DNA of 64,000 nucleotides from Rhodobacteraceae bacterium HLUCCO18 (GTDB taxonomy: Bacteria > Pseudomonadota > Alphaproteobacteria > Rhodobacterales > Rhodobacteraceae), in the NCBI GenBank assembly GCA_001314805.1, contig LJSY01000020.1, positions 498 through 64,497 of the forward strand. Direction: 5' to 3'. Below are positions 56,160 to 64,000 of the stretch, piece after piece (position 1 is the first letter of the stretch; each line of letters begins with the position of its first letter). The notes beneath the pieces were generated by a model. The model searched no databases. It was not told the DNA's origin and saw only the letters and a list, made by a program, of their open reading frames with translations. Made by a program: the position numbers and the translations under genes.

Positions 56160-57850
56160 GCGGCCAGATCGTCCGGCGAGAGGGAATAGAGGTCGCCCGC
56201 ACCCCGCGTGGCCTCGGCCAGAAGCCCCGGCACGGCCGACATCTGCCGGGCGAGGAAGCTTTCGGCCAGCCTTGCATGCGGCCCGTCGGGTTCAGCCATC
56301 GCGGCCCGCGCATGGTAGTGCCCGCCCAGCGTCAGCGCGAAGGCGCGCGCGTAGGGCACGGACCCGGCGAGGCGGTCGTTGATCTCCATCTCCAGAAGGG
56401 CGCGCGTCGCTTCCCGCAGCGCCTCGACGGTGCCCGCCAGCCGCGCATCGCCCGCGACCGCCGCCGTCCGCCCCGCCTCGTCCAGTAGCGCGAAGGCCGC
56501 AGCCCCGCCGTCCGACAGCTTGCGCCCCACGAGGTCGGCGCCCTGGATCCCGGTGGTGCCCTCGTAGATCGCCGAGACCCGCACGTCGCGGGCGAATTGC
56601 GCCGCGCCGGTTTCCTCGATGAAACCCATCCCGCCATGGACCTGAATGCCCGCATCGGCCACGGCCATGCCAGTTTCGGCACCGAAATTCTTGGCGATGG
56701 GCGTCAGGAACGCCGCGCGCGCGATCCACGCAGGCTCGCCCGTCGCGGTGGCCATGTCGATGGCGACCGCCAGATCGAGCGACAGGGCGCGGGAGGCGAA
56801 GATATCCGCCTTCATCCCTGTCAGCATCCGCCGCACATCGGCGTGGTCGAGGATCGTCCCCGTGCCGCCCTGAACCGGCGCGCGCCCCTGCACCCGGTCC
56901 ATGGCATAGGCCAGCGCGTGCTGGTACGCAGCCTCGCCCGCACCCAGCGCGTGGACACCGACACCAAGGCGGGCGTTGTTCATCATCGTGAACATCGCGG
57001 CCAGACCGCCATGTTCCTCGCCCACCAGCCAGCCGGTCGCGCCGTCATACTGCATGACGCAGGTGGGGCTGCCATGGAGGCCCAGCTTGTGCTCCAGCGA
57101 CACGACCTTCAGCGCGTTGGCGACACCGGCGTTGCCGTCGGCATCGGGCAGGCGCTTGGGCACGAGGAAGAGGCTGATCCCCTTGGTGCCCGAGGGCGCA
57201 TCGGGCAGGCGCGCCAGCACGAGGTGGATGGTGTTCTCGGTGAAATCGTTGTCGCCCCAGGAGATGTAGATCTTCTGCCCGGTCACGGCATAAGTCCCGT
57301 CGCCGTTGGGCTCCGCCCTGCTGCGGATCGCGCCCACGTCGGACCCCGCCTGCGACTCGGTCAGGTTCATGGTCGCGTTCCATTCGCCCGACACGAGCTT
57401 CGGCAGGTAGATCGCCTTGAGGTCGTCGCTCGCGTGGTGGTCCAGCGCCTCGATCTGGCCCTGGCTCATCAGCGGCGCGAGTTGCAGCGCGAGGCACCCG
57501 CCCGCGATCATCTCGTTCACGCTGCTCGTCACCGCCATGGGCATGCCGAGCCCGCCATGTTCCGGGTCGGCGGCCAGCGCCACGAAGCCCGCCTCGGCGA
57601 TGGCGCGCCAGCCGTCCCCGAAACCGGGCGAGGTGCGCACGACGCCGTTTTCCAGTCGCGCGGGGTGCAGGTCCCCCGCGCGGTTGAGCGGCGCCAGCAC
57701 CTCCTCGCAGATGCGCCCGGCCTCGGTCAGCATCGCGGTGACCGTTTCCGGCGTGGCCTCGGCGAACCGCTCGGTCGCGGCGACACGATCGAAACCCACC
57801 ACATGCTCCAGACAGAACAGGAATTCGGACACCGGCGCACGGTATGGCAT
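56156..57850 (-). CDS. Large acyl-CoA dehydrogenase (AidB/DmdC-type with N- and C-terminal extension domains)
   Basis: 564 aa with the characteristic N-terminus MPYRAPVSEFLFCLEHV and the ACAD core (TESQAGSDVG, GQKIYISWGD, YEGTTGIQ). It has a 4-nt overlap with the downstream MBL hydrolase gene. Confidence 0.85.
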   Translation of the reverse strand: MPYRAPVSEFLFCLEHVVGFDRVAATERFAEATPETVTAMLTEAGRICEEVLAPLNRAGDLHPARLENGVVRTSPGFGDGWRAIAEAGFVALAADPEHGGLGMPMAVTSSVNEMIAGGCLALQLAPLMSQGQIEALDHHASDDLKAIYLPKLVSGEWNATMNLTESQAGSDVGAIRSRAEPNGDGTYAVTGQKIYISWGDNDFTENTIHLVLARLPDAPSGTKGISLFLVPKRLPDADGNAGVANALKVVSLEHKLGLHGSPTCVMQYDGATGWLVGEEHGGLAAMFTMMNNARLGVGVHALGAGEAAYQHALAYAMDRVQGRAPVQGGTGTILDHADVRRMLTGMKADIFASRALSLDLAVAIDMATATGEPAWIARAAFLTPIAKNFGAETGMAVADAGIQVHGGMGFIEETGAAQFARDVRVSAIYEGTTGIQGADLVGRKLSDGGAAAFALLDEAGRTAAVAGDARLAGTVEALREATRALLEMEINDRLAGSVPYARAFALTLGGHYHARAAMAEPDGPHARLAESFLARQMSAVPGLLAEATRGAGDLYSLSPDDLAA

Positions 57851-57993
57851 GATTTTCTCCCTCGGCTCTCCCGCGAACAGGTTTGCAGAGCCGGGCCGAT
57901 CACGCTACCCCGATCCGGCCCCTGCCGCGCCTGTCCGTATCGCAGAGCTATGGGGCAGCACGGCCCCCGATCAACCCCAACGTTACGTCACGA

Positions 57994-58950
57994 ATGCCCG
58001 ACCAAGTCCCCACTATCCTCGCCGCCGACGGTGACGGCATCGCCCGCGCCGCACGGCTTTTGCGGGATGGCAGGCTGGTGGCCGTTCCCACCGAAACCGT
58101 CTACGGGCTTGCCGCAGACGCCACCAACGAGACGGCGGTGGCGCGGATCTTCGCCGCCAAGGGCCGCCCCGGGTTCAACCCGCTCATCGTGCATGTGCCC
58201 GACCTCTCTGCCGCGCGGCGCATCGCCACCGTTTCCCCCGAGGCGGAGGCGCTGGCCCGCGCCTTCTGGCCCGGCGCGCTGACGCTGGTCCTTCCGCTGG
58301 CGCCCGACGCGGGCCTCGCGCCCCCGGTCACCGCGGGCCTGTCCACGGTGGCGATACGGGTTCCGGCCCATCCCGTGATGCGCGCGCTGCTGGCCGAGGT
58401 CGGCCGCCCGCTGGCCGCACCCTCGGCCAACCCCTCGGGCCGGATGAGCGCCACGACGGCGGCGCATGTCGTTGACGGGCTGGGGGATGCGGTGGACGCG
58501 GTCCTCGACGCGGGCCCCTGCGCCGTCGGCGTGGAATCCACGATCCTCGCCCCCCGACCGGAGGGAACGCGGCTTTTGCGCGAGGGCGGCCTCCCCCGCG
58601 AGGCGATCGAGGCGATCACAGGCCCGCTCACTGCCGATCTCACCCCCGGCCGCGTCGAGGCGCCGGGGCAGATGGAACGCCACTACGCGCCGCGCGTGCC
58701 GCTGCGGCTGGGCGGCGCGGCAGAGGCCGGTGAGGTCGTCGTGGGCTTCGGCGCGGGCGACTGCGATCTGAACCTGTCAGAGGCGGGCGATCTGGACGAG
58801 GCCGCGCTCAGGCTCTTTTCCGTGCTGCACGAGGCCGAGGCGATGGCGCTGGACCGAGGCGCACCCGCGATCCGCGTGCCCCGCCTGCCCGAGAAGGGCC
58901 TCGGGCGGGCCATCAACGACAGGTTGCAACGCGCCTCGACGCCGGGATAA
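57994..58950 (+). CDS. L-threonylcarbamoyladenylate synthase (Sua5/YwlC/TsaC type, with C-terminal Sua5 domain)
   Basis: The track ORF starts at 57883; ATG 57994 gives MPDQVPTIL.... It contains VAVPTETVYGLAADA, KGRPGFNPLIVHV and SANPSGR. Confidence 0.9.
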   Translation: MPDQVPTILAADGDGIARAARLLRDGRLVAVPTETVYGLAADATNETAVARIFAAKGRPGFNPLIVHVPDLSAARRIATVSPEAEALARAFWPGALTLVLPLAPDAGLAPPVTAGLSTVAIRVPAHPVMRALLAEVGRPLAAPSANPSGRMSATTAAHVVDGLGDAVDAVLDAGPCAVGVESTILAPRPEGTRLLREGGLPREAIEAITGPLTADLTPGRVEAPGQMERHYAPRVPLRLGGAAEAGEVVVGFGAGDCDLNLSEAGDLDEAALRLFSVLHEAEAMALDRGAPAIRVPRLPEKGLGRAINDRLQRASTPG

Positions 58951-58960
58951 GCGTCACGTC

Positions 58961-59539
58961 TCAGGCGTGACCGGCCTCGGACGACAGCATCAGCGGATTG
59001 ACCCCGAGGGACCGCAACGCCGCCTCCCACTTGCCATCCATGGCGGCGCCGAAAACCAGCTCCGGGGACGCCTCCGCCGTTAGCCAGCCATTGGCCGCGA
59101 TCTCGTCCTCCAGCTGCCCCGCGCCCCATCCGGCATAGCCCAGCGCCAGAAGCGCCTGACGCGGGCCGCGCCCGTTCGCGATATCCTCCAGCACGTCGAG
59201 CGTTGCGGTCATCGAGAACCGGTCGTCGATCTCCAGCCCCTCTTCGCCGCGCGCGGCGTAGTCCGCCGAATGCAGCACGAAGCCGCGCCGCAGTTCGACC
59301 GGACCGCCGTAACAGACCGGCACGTCGCGCACCGTGTCGGGCCGCGCGATGTCCAGCTGTTCGAGCAGTTCGGAAAACGTCACCTCGTCCATCCGCTTGT
59401 TGACGATCAGGCCCATCGCACCCTCGTCCGAATGGGAACACAGGAACACGACGCTCCCGGCGAAACGCGGGTCGCCCATCCCCGGCATGGCGATCAGGAG
59501 CTTCGCGGTCAGATCCGATGGAACGGTGGCTGCGGTCAT
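58961..59539 (-). CDS. YqgE/AlgH family protein
   Basis: The track ORF ends at 59608; ATG 59539 gives MTAATVPSDLTAKLLIAMPGMGDPRFAGSVVFLCSHSDEGAMGLIVN, the family N-terminus. It also has GYAGWGAGQLE. Confidence 0.85.
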   Translation of the reverse strand: MTAATVPSDLTAKLLIAMPGMGDPRFAGSVVFLCSHSDEGAMGLIVNKRMDEVTFSELLEQLDIARPDTVRDVPVCYGGPVELRRGFVLHSADYAARGEEGLEIDDRFSMTATLDVLEDIANGRGPRQALLALGYAGWGAGQLEDEIAANGWLTAEASPELVFGAAMDGKWEAALRSLGVNPLMLSSEAGHA

Positions 59540-59636
59540 CCCGCGAGCATGAAGGTGTTGTGGATTCCAATCAACCCATGGCGCATTCGCCAAAACGTGA
59601 CTTTTCATTTCAGGCCCGACTGCCTACCTCCGAGCC

Positions 59637-60464
59637 ATGCTGAGAGCTTTGACCACGACCTGCCTTGCGGCACTGTCCGGCGCCGCACTGATCCTCTCCC
59701 CTGCCCCATCGAACGCCCAGTTCGAAGGCCGCAGCGTCGACGAGGTCGTGCAGGTGTCGCTGATCGAGGGCTGGCGGATGGAGAACGGGCGCCACATGGC
59801 GGGCATCCGCATCGCACTGGCGCCCGGCTGGAAGACCTATTGGCGCGCGCCCGGAGACGGCGGCGTGCCCACCGTTCTGCGGCTCCGCTCGGCCGAGGGG
59901 ATCGAGGGCATGGCGATCCACTGGCCGCGCCCGGAGGTATTCTTCACCAATGGCATGCGCTCCATCGGATATCGGCAGGATGTCATCCTTCCGGTGGAAT
60001 TCGCGGTCAGCGGCGGCGGCGCGCATGCGCTGGACGGCCGGCTCGATCTCGGCGTCTGTCTCGATATCTGCATGCCAGTATCGATGGACCTGTCGGGAGA
60101 GCTTCTGCCCGACACCACGCGCGACCGCGACATCGGTCTTGCGCTCTCGGACCGCCCGCTGACAGCCGCCGAGGCCGGCGCGGGCGCCGTGCGCTGCACG
60201 GTGGAGCCCATATCGGACGGGCTGCGCGTGACCGTGACGGCCGAGGTACCGGCCACCGGCAACGACGAGACGCTGGTCTTGGAACATCGCGATCCGGGGA
60301 TCTGGGTGTCCGAGGCCATGACCCGCCGCGACGGCGGCACGGTCACCGGCGTGGCCGACGTGGTGCCCCCCGATCACGGCCCCTTCGCGCTGAACCGAAG
60401 CGATCTGCGCATCACCGTCATCGGAACGGCGATGGCGGTGGAACTGGACGACTGCCGCGGCTGA
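59637..60464 (+). CDS. Periplasmic protein with DsbD/ScsB N-terminal (thiol:disulfide interchange alpha) domain
   Basis: 275 aa with a signal peptide ending NAQ. It has the motif APGWKTYWRAPGDGGVP and the Cys pair LGVCLDICMP, characteristic of this domain family. Confidence 0.7.
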   Translation: MLRALTTTCLAALSGAALILSPAPSNAQFEGRSVDEVVQVSLIEGWRMENGRHMAGIRIALAPGWKTYWRAPGDGGVPTVLRLRSAEGIEGMAIHWPRPEVFFTNGMRSIGYRQDVILPVEFAVSGGGAHALDGRLDLGVCLDICMPVSMDLSGELLPDTTRDRDIGLALSDRPLTAAEAGAGAVRCTVEPISDGLRVTVTAEVPATGNDETLVLEHRDPGIWVSEAMTRRDGGTVTGVADVVPPDHGPFALNRSDLRITVIGTAMAVELDDCRG

Positions 60465-60476
60465 CGCGAGGCCTCG

Positions 60477-63400
60477 TCAGGTCGGGCGACGCAAACCCGA
60501 AAGCACGGCGCTTGCGATCCACGCCAGCAGGCACAGCACGGCCGAGGCGGCGATGAACACGCCCGCCGCCCCGGACAACCCGCCGCCGCCCACGCCGGCC
60601 AGCGGACCCGGCATTTGCCCCGTCAAGATCTGCGCCCCCATCGTTGCGGCGAACACGAGCGCGAGCAGCGCCACGAGCAGGCCAAGCGGCACGGCCGGAC
60701 CGCCGCGCCCCTGAGCCCCGAGCGCCCGGCGGAACGCGCGCACCTGCTGGCCGAAATCCTGCTGCATCGCGAGGATCGCGGGCACCACCAGAAGAACGAT
60801 CACCATCCCGAAGCCCAGCCCGTAGACCAGCGTGATCACCGTGGGCTTGAGGAACTGCGCGTCCTGCGAGGTCTCGTAAAGCAGCGGCGCGAGCCCCAGA
60901 ACCGTGGTCAGCGTCGTCAGAAGGACAGGCCGCAGCCTGTCGCATGTCCCGTCGATGATGGCAGGGATGAGGCCTCTGGTTTCAGCCTTTTCGTCGATCG
61001 TGGTGACCAGCACGATGGAGTCGTTGATGATGATGCCGGTCATCCCGATCAGGCCCACGACCGTGAACATCGACAGGGGGACATCCCATTGCAGGTGGCC
61101 GTAGATCGTGCCGACGAGGCCGAAGGGAATGATCGCCATGACGACCATGGGCCGCGTCCAGCTGGCGAAGATCCAGGCCAGCACCAGGTAGATGCCGAGG
61201 ATGCACAAGATGAACCCGGTCATCGCGTCGCTGAGGAATTCGCGCTCCTGCTCGGCCAGGCCCGAAAGCTGCGTGATCACCCCGAAGTCTTCCTCGACCT
61301 GCGGCAGGATCTCCTCGCGCAGGGTCTCCATCACCGCTTCGGCGCGTTCGGGGTCGTCCTCGCTCAGGTCGCCCCTCACCGAGATCAGGCGCACGCCGTT
61401 TTCCCGGTCGATGGTCGAAAAGCCCTGCCGCGCGGTCACCGTCACGATGTCGGCCAGCGGCACGTAATCCCCGCTTGCGGCCCTGAGCAGCGTGCGGTCG
61501 AGGAAATCGGCCGTCAGCTCGCCCTCGGGCACCTCGACACGGATGGATGCCGTGCGCGGCCCGTCGGGGAAGGTCGCGGCCTCGATCCCTCCCAGCCGGT
61601 TGCGCAGGATGCGGCCCAGATCGTCGATGACGAAGCCCAGCGCCTCGCCCTGCGGGGTCAGCTCCAGGCTCAGCTCTTCCCGGTCGTAGGACATGGAATC
61701 CTCGAGGCCCGAGACCTCCGGGTTCACGGCAAGCGCCGTCTGTACCGCCTCCGCCGCGGCCTTGAGCGTGACGGTATCGGCGCCGAAGATCTGCACGTCG
61801 ATGGCGTCGCCACCGGGTCCGCCGCGCCAGCCCCGGAAGCTGATCGTTTCGGTCAGCGGCAGCTGGCGCACCTCTTCCTGCAGTTGCGCCACGAAAGCGA
61901 AGGACGAATAGGGACGCAGGTCCGCGTCGATCAGCTCGATCGCGATGGATCCCAGAAGATCGGTGTCCTTGTTGTCCGTGCCCGACAGCCCCCCGCCGGT
62001 ATTGCCGCCGATCTCGGCCACGACATAGGCCACGGGGTTGCGGCCATGTTCCTCCTCCAGCCGTGCGGCGACGGTGTCCACGGCGCGCTGCATCTCGCGC
62101 ACCATCTCGATGCTGTCCGTGCGGCTGGCGCCGTCGAGCATGGCGAAATTGCCGGAGACCGAGCTGAGTTCCGGCGCGTTGAAGAACCGCCATGTCACGT
62201 CGCCGCGCAGGAACACCGCCACCTGTGACGCGAGAACGAGGATGACCGCCGCCATCACCGGGTAGCGCGCCCAGATCACCCAGCCCATCAGGGGCCGGAA
62301 CGCGCGTTCCCGCACCCATTCGAAGCCACGGTTCACGATGCGCGAGGGCTTGTCGTACCAGTGTTCCTTCGCGGAATGGGACAACGCATGGGCCATGTGG
62401 TTCGGAAGGATCAGGAAACACTCCACGAGGCTTGCCAGAAGCACCACGATCACCGTGAAGGGGATGTCGGCGATCAGCGATCCGAACCGCCCACCCACCG
62501 CGACAAGCGCGGCGAAGGCCAGGACGGTCGTGATCGTGGCCGAAAACACCGGGGCGGCCATGCGGCGCGCCGCGTTCTCGGCGGCGGTGACGGGATCTTC
62601 GCCCAGCGTCCTGTGCCGGTAATCCGCGTGTTCGCCCACGACGATCGCGTCGTCGACCACGATCCCCAGCGTGATGATCAGCGCGAAGAGCGAGATCATG
62701 TTGAGCGTCAGTCCCGCCGCATACATCAGCGCGATGGCCGCGATCAGCGCCACGGGGATGCCGGCGGCGACCCAGAAGGCCGTGCGCGCGTTCAGGAACA
62801 GGAACAGAAGCCCCACCACAAGCGCGAGGCCCATAAGCGCGTTGTCCAGAAGGATGTTGAGGCGGCCCGAGATCGCCTCGGCGCGGGTCCGGATCAGGTC
62901 GATGGAAGTGCCCTCGGGAAGGCGCGTCTCGAGCTCCGCCGCGACGTCCTCGACCAGCCCCTGGATGGCGATGGCGTCCCCGTCCTCGGAGCGGTCGACG
63001 CGGATCGAAACAGCCGGATTCTCGCCCACGAAATAGGCGCGGTCCCGGTCGGTGCCGCCCACCTCGATCCGGGCGACGTCACCGACGGTCAGCGCCGAAC
63101 CGTCGTCATTCGTCCTGAGGGTGAGGGCCGCGATCCCCTCGGCGCTGCGGGTGGCGGCCCCGGTGCGCACGCGGGCGCCGGCCGCGTCGATCTGGCCTGC
63201 GGGGGAGGTGTCGGCGGCCGCCGAAATCACGGCGGCGATCTCGGCCATGGAAATGTCGTGGCGGATCAGCGAGGCGGAGGGCACCTCGACCACGATCTGC
63301 GGCGCCGCGACGCCGCGGATGGTGGCCCGCGTGACGCCCGCATCGAAGAGACGCGCGACGAACTCGTCCGCGAACCGGCCAAGCTGGTCGGGCGCGACCG

Positions 63401-63854
63401 GGCCGGTGATCACCACGTCGGTTACCCTGTCCCACCACGCGCCCCGGCGCACCGTCGGCGTGTCGGCGCCCTCGGGAAGGTCGGTGACGCTGTCGATGGC
63501 GATCTGCACCTCGTCGGCGGCGCGCGACATGTCCCAGCCGGGTTCGAACTCGATCTCGATGGAGGCGCGCCCCTCGCGACTGGTCGCCGAGGTCGAGGCG
63601 ACGCCCGGCACGGCCACCAGCACGGGCTCCAGCACCGCGACGATCGAGGCGTCCACGTCCTCCGCCCCGGCGCCGTCCCAACTGACCTGGATGTCGATCT
63701 CGTCGGAGATCACGTCGGGGAAGAACTGCGCCCGCATCTGCGGAAACGAGGCGATGCCCGCAACCAGCATCAGCACCAGCAGGAGGTTCGCCGCGGTGCG
63801 GTGGCGGGTGAAATAGCTCAGGATGCCGGAGGCCTTGTCGGGGAGTGCGCGCAT
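60477..63854 (-). CDS. RND efflux transporter permease (AcrB/AcrD/AcrF family)
   Basis: 1125 aa with a duplicated 6-TM plus large periplasmic loop architecture. The N-terminus RHRTAANLLLVLMLVAGIASF and the motifs GIVVDDAIVVGE / GIIINDSIVLV are typical of the family. Confidence 0.9.
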   Translation of the reverse strand: MRALPDKASGILSYFTRHRTAANLLLVLMLVAGIASFPQMRAQFFPDVISDEIDIQVSWDGAGAEDVDASIVAVLEPVLVAVPGVASTSATSREGRASIEIEFEPGWDMSRAADEVQIAIDSVTDLPEGADTPTVRRGAWWDRVTDVVITGPVAPDQLGRFADEFVARLFDAGVTRATIRGVAAPQIVVEVPSASLIRHDISMAEIAAVISAAADTSPAGQIDAAGARVRTGAATRSAEGIAALTLRTNDDGSALTVGDVARIEVGGTDRDRAYFVGENPAVSIRVDRSEDGDAIAIQGLVEDVAAELETRLPEGTSIDLIRTRAEAISGRLNILLDNALMGLALVVGLLFLFLNARTAFWVAAGIPVALIAAIALMYAAGLTLNMISLFALIITLGIVVDDAIVVGEHADYRHRTLGEDPVTAAENAARRMAAPVFSATITTVLAFAALVAVGGRFGSLIADIPFTVIVVLLASLVECFLILPNHMAHALSHSAKEHWYDKPSRIVNRGFEWVRERAFRPLMGWVIWARYPVMAAVILVLASQVAVFLRGDVTWRFFNAPELSSVSGNFAMLDGASRTDSIEMVREMQRAVDTVAARLEEEHGRNPVAYVVAEIGGNTGGGLSGTDNKDTDLLGSIAIELIDADLRPYSSFAFVAQLQEEVRQLPLTETISFRGWRGGPGGDAIDVQIFGADTVTLKAAAEAVQTALAVNPEVSGLEDSMSYDREELSLELTPQGEALGFVIDDLGRILRNRLGGIEAATFPDGPRTASIRVEVPEGELTADFLDRTLLRAASGDYVPLADIVTVTARQGFSTIDRENGVRLISVRGDLSEDDPERAEAVMETLREEILPQVEEDFGVITQLSGLAEQEREFLSDAMTGFILCILGIYLVLAWIFASWTRPMVVMAIIPFGLVGTIYGHLQWDVPLSMFTVVGLIGMTGIIINDSIVLVTTIDEKAETRGLIPAIIDGTCDRLRPVLLTTLTTVLGLAPLLYETSQDAQFLKPTVITLVYGLGFGMVIVLLVVPAILAMQQDFGQQVRAFRRALGAQGRGGPAVPLGLLVALLALVFAATMGAQILTGQMPGPLAGVGGGGLSGAAGVFIAASAVLCLLAWIASAVLSGLRRPT

Positions 63855-63858
63855 GATC

Positions 63859-64000
63859 TCAGCTTCCCATGCGCGCTTCGATGCGCGCGACCATCTGCGC
63901 GGGCACCTCGGGCTCGTTCAGTTGCTGGATCATGCGGCTGCGCACATCCTCGGGGATGAAGCTGTTGGTCTCGACGAAGGCGATCAGCCGCGCGCGGCGG
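63859..64000 (-). CDS. C-terminal fragment of an upstream gene (possibly the RND periplasmic adaptor; unassigned)
   Basis: An open frame runs off the right edge and ends ...LIAFVETNSFIPEDVRSRMIQQLNEPEVPAQMVARIEARMGS, with TGA 4 nt before the RND ATG. The product is inferred only from position. Confidence 0.4.
   Translation of the reverse strand, partial: RRARLIAFVETNSFIPEDVRSRMIQQLNEPEVPAQMVARIEARMGS

Noticed and set aside
1-64000. Mobile elements, prophage, integrative island, toxin-antitoxin or defence system
   Set aside because: I found no transposase, integrase, recombinase, phage structural, restriction-modification, Cas, abortive-infection or TA-like ORFs. There are no tRNA genes or flanking direct repeats marking an island, and gene content is housekeeping throughout apart from the left-end sugar cluster.

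Overview
Visibly GC-rich alphaproteobacterial chromosome, Rhodobacteraceae-like by gene content and synteny; species not determinable by eye. Calls rest on reading the translations for family motifs, start-codon and RBS context and synteny; no database search was possible. Most of the window is ordinary core chromosome. The centrepiece is the microaerobic respiration locus hemN / fnrL / usp / ccoNOQP / ccoGHIS(rdxBHIS), with four FNR-type boxes (TTGAT-N4-ATCAA) at the expected promoter positions. Other core blocks: yejABEF-type peptide ABC importer; membrane-anchored cytochrome c; pheA; a NitT/TauT-type ABC importer; ffs(SRP RNA)-dnaX-ybaB-recR; RNase T2; DUF1013/TrcR; clpS; a DEAD-box helicase; phoX; rpsU; a Sua5/TsaC-type synthase; an RND efflux pump. 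The only accessory-looking part is the left 5.9 kb. It holds a nonulosonic-acid (sialic-acid-like) sugar cluster: TylF-like methyltransferase, CMP-sugar synthetase, HAD phosphatase, a NeuB-SAF-cupin fusion and a Gfo/Idh/MocA oxidoreductase. A divergent unassigned 469-aa protein faces it. Items worth a second look: (1) the NeuB-cupin fusion and phosphatase, suggesting a phosphorylated-intermediate NulO route; (2) nudC split by a clean 5-bp tandem duplication; (3) a 5-unit 17-bp tandem array derived from the ccoS 3' end; (4) one FNR box placed to activate a possibly leaderless hemN and repress fnrL; (5) two conserved micro-ORFs missing from the ORF track (ccoS, an aa3-oxidase subunit-IV-like peptide); (6) an HAD / CDP-alcohol phosphatidyltransferase / GcvT-DmdA-like operon. 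I found no transposase, integrase, phage gene, CRISPR array, toxin-antitoxin pair or recognisable defence system. I cannot honestly claim a clearly novel multi-gene system here; the NulO cluster is the best candidate. Many long ORFs in the track are GC-driven antisense or out-of-frame shadow ORFs and were rejected.
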